Shown here: positions 16,871-27,659 of the stretch, piece by piece
Layout: the number at the start of each line of letters is the position of its first letter
Position numbering within the stretch: the stretch's first letter is position 1
Assembly (NCBI RefSeq): GCF_009914755.1
Contig: NC_060943.1
DNA: 64,000 bases
Reading direction: 5' to 3' (one strand)
Source: the human T2T-CHM13v2.0 reference genome, Homo sapiens
Made by a program: the position numbers and the translations under genes
The notes under the pieces: model-generated
Told to the model about the DNA's origin: nothing
The model's input: only the letters and a program-made list of their open reading frames with translations
Databases searched by the model: none

Positions 16871-17542
16871 CTAACACAACACTCACACACACACGTACCG
16901 TAGTGCCAATACTGGGAGACTGAAATTCTATATTTTATATGCGCACCTAAGCTTCCTCAGAAAAAGAAAGAAATGCAAATACTTCATCACTAAGAATTTA
17001 AAGGAGCACATTGTGGCTTCCAGCGTCAGAAGCAGGAACCATTAATCTAGTGGGGATGACAGGAAATGAAATGTAAGAAAGCTGATTAGCAGCACCTTTA
17101 AAAATTAGACAGCTCAGCTCCAGAAAGGGAAATAAAAGTTTGGAATCTGAGCTTTCCCTGGCATAAAAGGGCAGAATAGCTCTTTTCAAAATCTCGAGTG
17201 ACTTTTAGTTGTTTTGTTGTTGTTGTTTTCTCATCACCTCCTTAAAATCAGCTCTTACACTGCCTCTTGGGGGTGCAGATAATCCGAGCAGACTTGGACT
17301 GCTGCCATGAATACACAGTCTCACTCCTTTGCTGCTCCTCAATATTTTATTTTCTTTCCTGTGGAGAGGTCGGCGAAGGTGAGGTTGTGCTGCTGGTGAT
17401 TAATTGTGGTAATAAACAGGGTGAGAGAAAGAACTGGAAACGCGAGAGGGGTTGGAGATTTATCTGAAAACATGGATCCTGGGTAAATAACGGGATGACT
17501 GTGAGATGATTACAGGCTGAATTGTGTCCTCCCCAAAAGATA

Positions 17543-17872
17543 TGTGCATACCTCAGTGATATTGCGAGTTTAGTTCCAGACCATCAAAATAGAGTGAGTC
17601 ACGCAAACTTTTTGGTTTCCCAGTTCATAGAAAAGTCATGTTTACACTATACCGTAGTCTATTAAATGTGCAATGCCATTAGGTCTAAAAAGTGTACTTA
17701 CCTTAACAAAAAAAATACTGCTAAAATTCTGACACAGAGGAAGAAAGTAAGCATATGCTTTTGGAGAAATGGCACCGATAAGACTTGCTCAATGTGGGGT
17801 TGCCATAACTTGTAAAAAACACAGTACCTGTGAAACCCAATACAGCAAAGCACAGTATAAGGACATCTGCCT
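17543..17872 (-). mobile_element. internally deleted Tigger1 (MER37-type) DNA transposon
   Basis: GCATACCTC..GATATTGCG..GTTCCAGACCA at one end; AAGACTTGCTCAATGTGGGGTTGCCA..TGCCTG at the other; both Tigger1 termini joined. Confidence 0.75.
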
Positions 17873-18023
17873 GCGGTAGAGATTTCAGCTCCTAGGGCCA
17901 CAGAGTGCACCTTTGGTTGGGAACAGGGTCATTGCAGATGTAACTAGTTAGGATGAGGTCAGACTAGAATAAGGTGGGCCCTAATCCAAAATGACTGGGG
18001 TTCTTATAAGAAGATGACCTTGT

Positions 18024-18320
18024 GCCGGGCATGGGGGCTCATGTCTGTAATCCCAGCACTTAGGGAAGCCGAGGCAGGCAGATTGCTTAAGCTCAGGAGT
18101 TCAAGACTAGCCTAGGCAATATGGTGAGACCCTGTCCCTACCAAAAATACAAACATTAGCTGGGCATAGTGGCATGCACCTGTAGGTCCAGTGACCAGGG
18201 AGGCTGAGGTGGGAGAATCACTTGAGAGGAGGCAGAAGTTGCAGTGAGCTGAGATCGTGCCACTGCACCCTAGCCTAGGCAACAGAGCAAGACTCTGTCT
18301 CAAAAACAAACAAACAAAAA
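18024..18320 (+). mobile_element. Alu (J/S)
   Basis: dimeric Alu with (CAAA)n tail; TSD-like AAGAAGATG. Confidence 0.9.
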
Positions 18321-18854
18321 GAAGATGGCCACGTGAAGTTGGAGGCACAGGAAGGACAGCCATGAGATAAAGACGGCAGAAACTGGAGCCCTGCAGCTGC
18401 CAGCCAAGGAACAGCACAGATTCCCTGCAAACTGGAAGAAGCCAGGAGGAGGCCAGGAAGCGTTCCCTGCAGAGTTCAGATTGGCCACGGCCCTCCCAAC
18501 ACCTTGATTTTTGACTTCTGGTTTTCAGGACACAAGATGATAGATTTCTCATGTTGAAGCCATTTAGTTTGTGACACTTTGTTATTACAGCCCTAGCAAG
18601 CTAGTACCATGAGGTTATCTTTCCACCTCTGACAAACTCCTAAATCCCCCTCCCAGGCCCTCCTCTACACTCACACCCCTCACCCCCCACCCCCCACCAC
18701 CACAGTGATTGACCAAAAGGGAAGCAAGGAATGGGGCCAGTGTGGGAGGCAGTCAAGCAGAGCTTCTCGCCTCCAGTGAGGAGGCAGTGTAGGGAAGACA
18801 CTGAAGAGCCTCGCAAGGCCCCACCTCCAGTCCAGCTGAGGGGCCTAAGGACAG

Positions 18855-18987
18855 GAGGGTGGGAGGGGTGGAGGGTAGAAGGGGAGGAGGGGAGGAGAGT
18901 GGAAAGGGGCAGGGGGGAGGGGGGAGGGTGCGAGGGGAGGAGTTGGGGAAGGAAGGAGGTGGGGAGGGTAAGAGGGGAGGAGGGCAG
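18855..18987 (+). repeat. G/A-rich tract with many G-runs
   Basis: direct reading; many GGG or longer runs. Confidence 0.8.
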
Positions 18988-19219
18988 GCTCAAAGATGCT
19001 TCCCGCCTGCTGTCATCAGTGAGTCAGAGCACCAGAGCCTGAAAGGGGATGGGAACTGTAGGGCTGAGTTTGACTTTGAGCCAGAATTGACACCCCAGGG
19101 CCAAGAGCCTCTCACCAGGTGCCTGGAGATCTAATGAACAAATCAAGGAGGCCCCTAAGCAATAGAAGGACTGGAGATTTGGGGATGGTGAAGCTGAGGC
19201 TATAGAGTCCCACAGTGGA

Positions 19220-19780
19220 CGTGAGGGGACCCTAAGGGATTACCCTTCTCTGAGTTCCCTGTCCTCCATGCCTTTATATTCCTAAAAAAGCACTAAAATC
19301 CTGGTATCCTCTGAGCCGAAGGCTCAGTTTTCCATCCCATCCCCAAGCCTCGTGGAGGCCGGAACTCAGCTACTGTTGGTTTATGCACTACTCATCAGCT
19401 CTCGGCATCTGTCCCACAGGCTGGGCAGCTCCGGGACACTGCCTGGCAGCAGGGGCTGTGATTCCAGCTGGAGTTTAAACACACACCCTCCACCAGTGCT
19501 CTCCAGCAAACAAGGACACCCATCCTCATACTCCCACCTGGAGACACTCGCACAGCACCACAAACATTCCCACACACACGGACACACCCATTCTCCAACA
19601 TGCAGAGCCACACACCCTCACACAGACTCACACATGCAGCACAGTCACACACACTCAGCGTGGGTTCATAGAGCAGCCACCCTTGCTCAGAGACACAGAC
19701 ACACGTACACCCACAGCCACGTTCTCCAGGGCAGAAACAGGCGTCCCCTCTCCCTCCCTCTCTCAGACACATGCAGGACT
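19220..19780 (-). promoter_or_regulatory. possible promoter / first exon on minus strand
   Basis: non-repeat GC-richer block; TG-rich upstream; TTTAAA at ~19474-19479; candidate donor AAGG|GTAATC at ~19243; speculative. Confidence 0.25.
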
Positions 19781-21183
19781 CAGGAAATCCACAAAGGCCT
19801 TCACAGCAGAGCTGGGAGATTTTATACATCAAGGTCCTCAACTTCCAAACAGAACTAATTCATGCCACAAATAAAACAGTTACAGACAAATCTGCCTAGT
19901 GTGGAGTTCTACTTGGTGTTGGGTTTTGAGGAGGGTCACATGGCTCCTTCTCTTCAGGACCCCCACTTCTGGGAAAGCCTCCAGGCCATGCCCTCCTCAC
20001 TGGGACAGGCAGGACCCTGCCTCCCCATCCTCTGAGCCTCAGGGCACCGAATGTCCACATCCCTCACGAGGCGCTTAAAACCAGAGAGAAATCCCGGCCC
20101 TCACCACCACACACCAAAGACAGACGAGAGAGGGAGGCCGTGAGAGGGGACCCCAGGGCAGTCATGATTAAATGTGTGGACACTGCCCTCCCCAGGGTTC
20201 CTGGAGGGCATCACATGGGGAGGGACCCTGGGTGCCAGCTGGTGAAGAAAAGGGTGCTTCCAGCCGGGCTCCAGTATGACATTGTCTACACTTGCATTCA
20301 TCATCACGTGAAGGCTCAGACCCCTGGCTACATTGCCATTGCACCTAGCCCAATAATTATTTTATGTAGAAAATTAGTGTGTGAGCCAACTATGCATTTA
20401 AACAAAGCTCCATTTGAACACCAGATCTGTTTTCCTATAAATACCAGTATGCAACTGCTAAAACAAAATAGTAGGTCCTCTGTGCCATCTAGTAGCCTCT
20501 GTGATGGGAACTATTAGCACAAGAAATTCTAGGTTGGCCGCTTGGTGCTAACTGTGAAAGGGTGAAGGATGGGATCTGACATGCGCCAAGTTTCCAGCTG
20601 CAAACACCAGCACATTGTCAAAATGTGTTTTGTGCTTCTCCATCCTTCCATCACTCTTCCTAATGACAAAAATAATTAACACGTTCATATAAAAGCACAG
20701 AATGAATGGGAGTCCTAATTTATCCACCTATTTCAGGGTCATGCCTTTATCAATATATGACAAGTTAATGGGTCTTAATTAAAAAAGCAGCAGTAAAGCA
20801 ATTTAGGAAACTGAAGGGTTATTATGAGTCATCACTGTGACAGCATGTTTTGTGCACCATGGAAGATAACAGATTTGCTTTCCATAGTATCACAGATCCA
20901 TCATCCTGAAACTACTTGCTCTCGGTTGCAGAGAGCCATTTTCTTCCCTTTAAAAGAAGTGCATGAGCTGGTGGCTGCTTCCAGAGTGACAGCAGCAATG
21001 CATGATAGGAACCAGGAAGGCTATGGGAACCAGCGTGAGGGAGGGGGCAGCAGGCCTGACCACAGGCAAGGGTCAGGGCCCTGGGAGAAAGCATGAGCCA
21101 ACGGTCAGGACAGGACCGCACATCAGGGTCGTTCCCAACCTGTTGCTCTTTCCCACCAAAAAACTCAGTAGTTTTCTAAGGAC

Positions 21184-22030
21184 TGTCAGGATCCTCCCCC
21201 TCCACCCCGCCATGGCCACACTTCCTCCAGGTTCCTCTGAGACCTTTCCAGGTGGGCTTCAGCCTTGACCTATAGAGACTTGAACAAACACTCACATTGT
21301 TTCCAATGGTGCGAGGCCGCATTCCCTAAGATGACACTAGTCCTCTTCATGTGCCCGCATGAGAAAGCTCAAGGCTGCTAAAATAAGTTACCATTTCTTT
21401 CAGCCAACACCTGAAGACAGGGTCTCTGCCTCCCAGCCTCTGTGGGGGTGGGAGTCTAACTTCAACAGGAACACATTAGTAAACCCAGGTGGGTTTCACA
21501 TGGACCACCCCACTTCCTGCTTTTGTAGTGTTTCACTTCCCTAACTCTGCCAAGCCCCTGCTCCTTCCCTCCCTAACCCATCATTCTCTCATGTTATCCT
21601 TTTCTCAGACAGAGTCTTGCTCTGTTGCTCAGGTTGGAGTGCAATGGTGCAGTCATAACTCACTATAGCCTTGAATTCCTGGGATCAGGCAATACACCCA
21701 CCTCAGCCTCCCAAGTAACTGGGACTGCAGGTGGGTGCCACCACACACAGCTATTTTTTAAAATTTTTTGTTGAAACAAGGTCTTGTTCTGTTGCCCAGG
21801 CTGGTCTTTACCTCCTGGCTTCAAGCAATCCTCCCACTTCACTCCCAAAGTGCTGTGATTACAGGTGTGAGGCACTGAGCCTGGCCCATTCTCACTTTAA
21901 AATGCCCAGTGACCTCCACAAATCAAAGTTAAGTTCAATTTCTGCTGGGCTCTTTTCCCAGCTGCAATAGTTGTTACTGATTAAAATCTGTCCTTACCAC
22001 TTTAGCGTTCATCTTTGTTCATCTTTGACA
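21184..22030 (+). mobile_element. MER67-like ERV1 solo LTR with nested AluJ
   Basis: TGTCA...TGACA ends; 4-bp TSD GGAC at 21180-21183 and 22031-22034; GACTTGAACAAACAC..GAGAAAGCTCAAGGCTGC..CAGCCAACACCTGAAGA. Confidence 0.75.
21600..21886 (-). mobile_element. AluJ
   Basis: reverse Alu body. Confidence 0.9.
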
Positions 22031-22313
22031 GGACTAAGAAATCTATTTCAGAAATATTTCTAAAATCCAGGTCTTCTTTGTCATTATTTTCTGGCCCTCA
22101 CCATCTCGTCCCTGGAATGATGCAGAGGCTGCTTCATAGCCAGTCCCCCTACTGATAGCTCATCTTGTCCATGGCCATTTGGATCATGTCCTGCCTTTTT
22201 AAAACACCCTCCAATTGCTCCAATTTGCAAAGCAGAAATTAAAAACTGAGCATCTGACAAATGTGTACTTTGGCTAACTGTGCCTTTGTCATGATGTTAA
22301 ATATTTTCCCTAA

Positions 22314-22615
<302 letters not shown>

Positions 22616-24139
22616 GGAATTCATTATAGGTGGTCTTGAATTCATTTCATGGGTAATTGAATGATTTTGCATAAAACTGTAGATTTCTTGCAAGACTGGC
22701 CTACAGTCCTGAATGGCAGCATTGAAACAGACTGATCCCATTTAGGCAGTGTGTGCACTCACCAGGTGGCCCAGTTCCCACCACTCCCTGCTACCCTTCA
22801 CTATCCTCAGTTACGAACCTGCTGGCCCCATAGGCATCAGCGTTTGCCAGCCATCACAAGTAGGAGAACTGAGGCTGGAAAAATGGAAAATGAGACCCCA
22901 GGACACAGAAGGGTTCTAAGGAAATGTGAAGATGTTTCTTGCTAGCAAGGAAAACAGTCTCAGGGACTGAGCTGAACTCACAGTTCAGTGCCCACAGTGA
23001 GTGCAGTGAGAGGTGCATCTCCAGAGAAAAGCAAAGGCCACAGGAAAAAATGCAGGCTCAGGGCTCCTGGTGCCCCGTGTTTTGTCACAGAGTAAGAAGC
23101 CAAGCCTTCCTACAAAGAAAGGAAACACAGCACGTCTCCTCAGAACTAGCCCATCTTTAAACTTGACCTAGATGGCATTGCTCAGGGTGGCCCCTTGGAA
23201 ATCCATGAAAGCCAGAAAAGAGGCCAAGGAGGAACATGGCATCTCTCACTTTCCCTGCCGTGCTTTGAGTATTGAAATGTCTGGGCAGGAATTCCTTTGA
23301 AATGCCTGAATCAGAGAGTGGATTTGCAAACCAAGTTTCTCCTTTATTTTTAAAGACTTTTAGCCTGACTTTTACTTTGAGAGTCAGGGACACGTGGAAC
23401 ATAAATTCCGGGTCCAAGAGTCATGTGATTCCTGGCCAATGGGAAACCACAATGGTGCCTCCCAGCCCTGGCTCTTAACAGCACCACTGCGCAGCTGAGC
23501 CAGCCTCAGAAACATGCGTTACCCTCCCAGACATGAGCCTCTGTGTGCCGCTTCTCCCCTCTGTCAAGTCGTGTCTTCTTATATTAATAAGAAAAATAAA
23601 ATGAAATAGTGGTAAAGTGTTGGAGTGGCGAAAATTTTTGGGGATGGTATGGAGAGATAATGGGCGATGTTTCTCAGGGCTGCTTTGAGTGGGATTAGGG
23701 GCGGCGTGGGAACCTAGAGTGGGAGAGATTAAGTTGAAGGAAGATTTTGTGGTAAGGGGTGATATTGTGGGACTGTTAGAAGAAACATTTGTCATTTAGA
23801 ATGATTGGTGATGGCCTGGATACAGTTTTGTATGAATTGAAAAACTAAACGGAATAAGAGAAGGAGAAAAACAGGTATTAAAGGTCTAAGAATTGGGAGG
23901 ACCCAGGACATCTAATTAGAGACTGCCTAAGGAGATTCAGCATAGTCCTACCAGCAAAGATTATTTATTTACTTCAAGAGTTAAGAGTGGCAGTTTGGGG
24001 ATAGCACCAGGAAATATCAGCTGTGATGGCTTGGAGAAACAGTGTAAACCGGCAGTGTAAACAAGAGCAGGGCATGTATGAGTAGTTGAGAATGGTGAAT
24101 AGGAGTTTGACTAGACAGAAGATAGTAGGGATGACATGA

Positions 24140-25000
24140 TCAGCAGGGAGACCATGTCATGTGTTTTTATGGGAACTATGCCAAGATAGGTAACAGATGA
24201 GGATGAAATTTGGGCTTGACTGAAGTAATGGGGGCTGTCTGTGAAGTCTTGCAGCAGTACAGCCTAGGTAATTTGCTGAGCCTAATGGGTGTCAGGGTCA
24301 GTCCAAGTGAAAGCGAAGAGAGGCTGGGTATGAAGGGTGCAAAGGAATAGTAAAGAAAGCATGTTTGAGATCCAGAACAGAATAATGGATTGTAGAGGGA
24401 GGTATTGAGGATACGGGAGTATATGGGTTTGGCACCAAAGAGTGGATAGGCAAAACAACTTGGTTGACAAGGCGCAGATCCTGAACTAACTTGTAAGGCT
24501 TGTCTGGTTTTTGGACAGGTAAAATGGGGAAATTGTAAGGAGAGTTTATAGGCTTTCAGCGAAGGGAGATAAGGGTGATTAGGTTTTAATGAGATGGTAA
24601 GGGGTGCATGATCGGTCACCAAGGAGGGAGTAGAGGTATCCTATACTTGTGAGTTAAGGTGGGGGGATACAAGAGGAAGACGCAAAAGAGGCTTTGGATT
24701 GGGAAGAAGGGTGGCAATGAGGTGTGGCTGTAGCCTAGGAATAGTCAGGGAAGCAGATAATTTAAAGTGTCTGGGCCTAATAAGGGAACTGGGCAGGTGG
24801 GGATAACTAAAAAGGAGTGCTTAAAAGAGTACTGTCTAAGTTGGCACCAGAGTTGGGGAGTTTAAGAGGTTTAGAAGCCTGGCTGTCAATACCCACAACA
24901 GTTACGGAGACAATGGAAACAGGCCCTTGAAAAGAAGGTAACGTGGAGTGGGTAGCCTCCATATTGATTAAGAAGGGGACGGACTTACCCTCCACTGTGA
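24140..25000 (-). pseudogene. HERV-H pro / N-terminal RT remnants
   Basis: ORF 24807-24995 VPFLINMEATHSTLPSFQGPVS..VVGID (protease, DTG triad lost); ORF 24176-24622 TDHAPLTISLKPNHPY; frameshifted. Confidence 0.85.
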
Positions 25001-25060
25001 GAGTTACCTAAAGCTCGGCATCCATGATGGTCTATCGGGCTTCTGAGGCGATCGGGCATG

Positions 25061-25390
25061 TCAGTCTTCAGCCACTAAGCCGAGAAGATCTGGGAAGAAG
25101 TCAGTCAGACAGCCTTGGGCCAGAGTTCCAGGGGCTCTGGGAGTGGCTGCCAGGTGAGTTGAACAGTCCGATTTCCAGTGGGGTCCCCCACAGATGGGAC
25201 ATGGCTTAGGAGGAATCCCGGGCTGCGGGCATTCCTTGGCCTGGTGGCCAGATTTCTGGCACTTGTAGCAAGCTTCTGGGGGAGGTGGTGCTGGAGGAAT
25301 GCCTGGCCACTGCGGTTTAGGCATTTGGAAATTCTTGTGTGCTGGAGATGTGGCTGGGGTTTGTCTCATGGTGGAGGCAAGGAATTGCAA
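25061..25390 (-). pseudogene. HERV-H gag nucleocapsid remnant
   Basis: two CCHC knuckles CYKCQKSGHQAKEC and CPICGGPHWKSDC. Confidence 0.9.
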
Positions 25391-26359
25391 CTCAGAAATA
25401 TGTTACTACTTGGCTGCCTCTACTCTATTATTGTACACCTTGAAGGCAAGGTTAATTAAATCCTGTTGTGGGGTTTGAGGGCTGGAATTTAATCTTTGAA
25501 GTTTTATTTAATGTCGGGAGCAGATTGGGTAATAAAATGTATATTGAGAATAAGATGGCCTTTTGACCTTTTAGGGTCTAGGGCTGTAAAGCATTTCAGG
25601 GTTGCTGCCAAACGAGCCATGAACTGGGCTGGATTTTTATATTTGATGAAAAAGAGCCTAAACGCTGTCTGATTTGGGATAAAGAAAAAGGAGCATTAAC
25701 CTTGACTATGCTTTTAGCTCCATCCACCTTTTTAAGAGTAAATTGCTGGGCAGGTGGGGGAGGGCTAGTCAAGGAACGAAACTGTAAGCCGGACTGGGTG
25801 TGAGGAGGCGAGGTGATAAAAGGATTACAGGGTGGAGGAGCGGAAGCTGAGGAGGAATTGGGACCTAGCTCAGCCTGGAGAGGAGGGGAGAGGTCAGATG
25901 GGTCTGTAGAAAAGGAAGATTAGAAAGACTCAGCGACACTTGGGGTTGGGACTGAGGGGACAGGTGGGAGGGAAAGAAGGAAGATTTGGGACGAGTTGCA
26001 TTGGGAACAGAGACTAGGGAGGGACCAATGTGTAAAAGAATGCCTGGACGTCAGGCACCTCAGACTGTTTGCCTATTTTACGACAAGAATTATTTAGATC
26101 TTGTAGGATGGAAAAATTGAAAGTGCTGTTTTCCGGCTATTCGGAACTACTGCCAAGTTTGTATTGGGATCAAGCGGCATTGCAGAAGAAAATAAGGCAT
26201 TTAGGTTTTAGGTCAGGTGTGAGTTGAAGAGGTTTTAAGTTCTTGAGAACACAGGCTAAGGGAGAAGAAGGAGGAATGGAGGGTGGAAGGTTGCCCATAG
26301 TGAAGGAAGCAAGGCTAGAGAAAAGAGAGAGTAGAGACATGGAGGGAAGGGGTTCGGGG

Positions 26360-26870
26360 GTTCTTACCCTCCAGAAAAGTGGGAAAGAGGTGGGGGTGCA
26401 GAAATAAGGGGTTGGGGTGCAGAGATAAGAGGTCAGGGCACAGAAATAAGGGATCAGGGCACAGAGATAAGAGGTCGGGCTGTGGAAATAAGGGGTTCTT
26501 GCCTCTCCCCCAGAAAAGCGGGACTTGCCTCTAAGGGTGAAGGAGAAGGGGTTGAGAGGTTCTTGCCCCTCTCCCAGAAAAGCGGGACTTGCTGCTGACG
26601 GTGAAGGACAAGGGTTTGAGGGGTTCTTGCCCCTCCCCCAGAAAAGTGAGACTTGCTGCTAACAGTGAAGGACAAGATGTTGAGGGGTTCTTGCCCCTCC
26701 CCCAGAAAAGTGGGACTTGCCATTAAGGGTGAAGGAGAAGGGGTTGAGGGGTTCTTGCCCCTCCCCCAGAAAAGCAGAGAAGAGGTAGAGACATGGAGAG
26801 AAGGGGTTGGGGTTCTTGCCCCTCCCCCAGAAAAGCAGGACTTGCCACTAAGGGTGAAGGACCAAGGCAG
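26360..26870. repeat. tandem repeats in HERV-H leader
   Basis: six ~64-bp units GGTTCTTGCCCCTCCCCCAGAAAAG..GACTTGC..GTGAAGG (CAGAAAAG at ~26511, 26576, 26639, 26703, 26767, 26828), preceded by ~20-bp units with AGA(A/G)ATAAG. Confidence 0.85.
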
Positions 26871-27276
26871 GCGTCCCTGTGTGGTCCGACACCTCTGAAA
26901 CGTGGGTGAATAATCAGAGAGGCATCCCTGCAATGATTAACACCAAGGGAAGGCTGCCTTCCCAGGCCGTGACCGGCGCCGGAGTTTTGGGTCCACAGAT
27001 AAAACGTGTCTCCTTTGTCTCTACCAGAAAATGAAACGAATTGAAATTAAGAGAAGGGAGAGATTGAAGTGTGGCACCAAGATTGAAAAGAGAAAGAGGT
27101 TGAGGGATATTGAGGGAGGTTGGAGAAGAGAGTAAAAAGAGGCTGCTTTCCAGATTTGAAATTGGTGAGATGTTTCTTGGGCTGCTTGGTCTGAGGACCT
27201 GAGGTCGTAGGTGGATCTTTCTCATGGAGCAAAGAGCAGGAGGACAGGGGATTGATCTCCCGAGGGAGGTCCCCCT

Positions 27277-27294
27277 ATCCGAGCCACAGCACCA
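27277..27294 (-). other. primer-binding site, tRNA-His
   Basis: minus strand TGGTGCTGTGGCTCGGAT versus canonical TGGTGCCGTGACTCGGAT, 2 nt from the LTR end. Confidence 0.9.
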
Positions 27295-27296
27295 AA

Positions 27297-27659
27297 TTTC
27301 ATGCGAGTCCCTGTGAAGAGACCACCAAACAGGCTTTGTGTGAGCAACAAGGCTGTTTATTTCACCTGGGTGCAGGCAGGCTGAGTCCGAAAAGAGAGTT
27401 AGTGAAGGGAGATAGGGGTGGGGCCATTTTATAGGATTTGGGTAGGTAAAGGAAAATTACAGTCAAAGGGGGGTTGTTCTCTGGCAGGCAGGAGTGGGGG
27501 TCACAACGTGCTCAGTAGGGGAGCTCTTGAGCCAGGATGAGCCAGGAGAAGGAATTTCACAAGACAATGCCATCAGTTAAGGCAGGAACCAGCCATCTGG
27601 ATGTGTACGTGCAGGTCACAGGGGATATGATGGCCTAGTTTGAGCTCAGAGGCCTGACA
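27297..27659 (-). mobile_element. LTR7 (HERV-H 5' LTR), 363 bp
   Basis: minus strand TGTCAGGCCTCTGAGC...CCTATAAAA (TATA)...GAAATAAACAG...CATGAAA. Confidence 0.95.

Larger units (their letters stand above)
17507..18608 (+). mobile_element. MLT1B/C MaLR LTR containing nested Tigger1 derivative and Alu
   Basis: GGCTGAATTGTGTCCTCCCCAAAAGATATG start; TTTGTTATTACAGCCCTAGCAAGCTAGTAC end. Confidence 0.8.
23562..27659 (-). mobile_element. HERV-H provirus, internally deleted, single (5') LTR
   Basis: LTR7, tRNA-His PBS, gag NC, pro and RT remnants, pre-LTR region; 5-bp TSD CCCTC at 23557-23561 and 27660-27664. Confidence 0.95.

Noticed and set aside
26490-26870. Regularly spaced repeats resembling a CRISPR array
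   Set aside because: Primate retroviral leader; inter-repeat segments are homologous to each other and there are no cas genes
26454-26933. 159-aa ORF with internal repeats
   Set aside because: Translation of the HERV-H leader tandem repeat, not a gene
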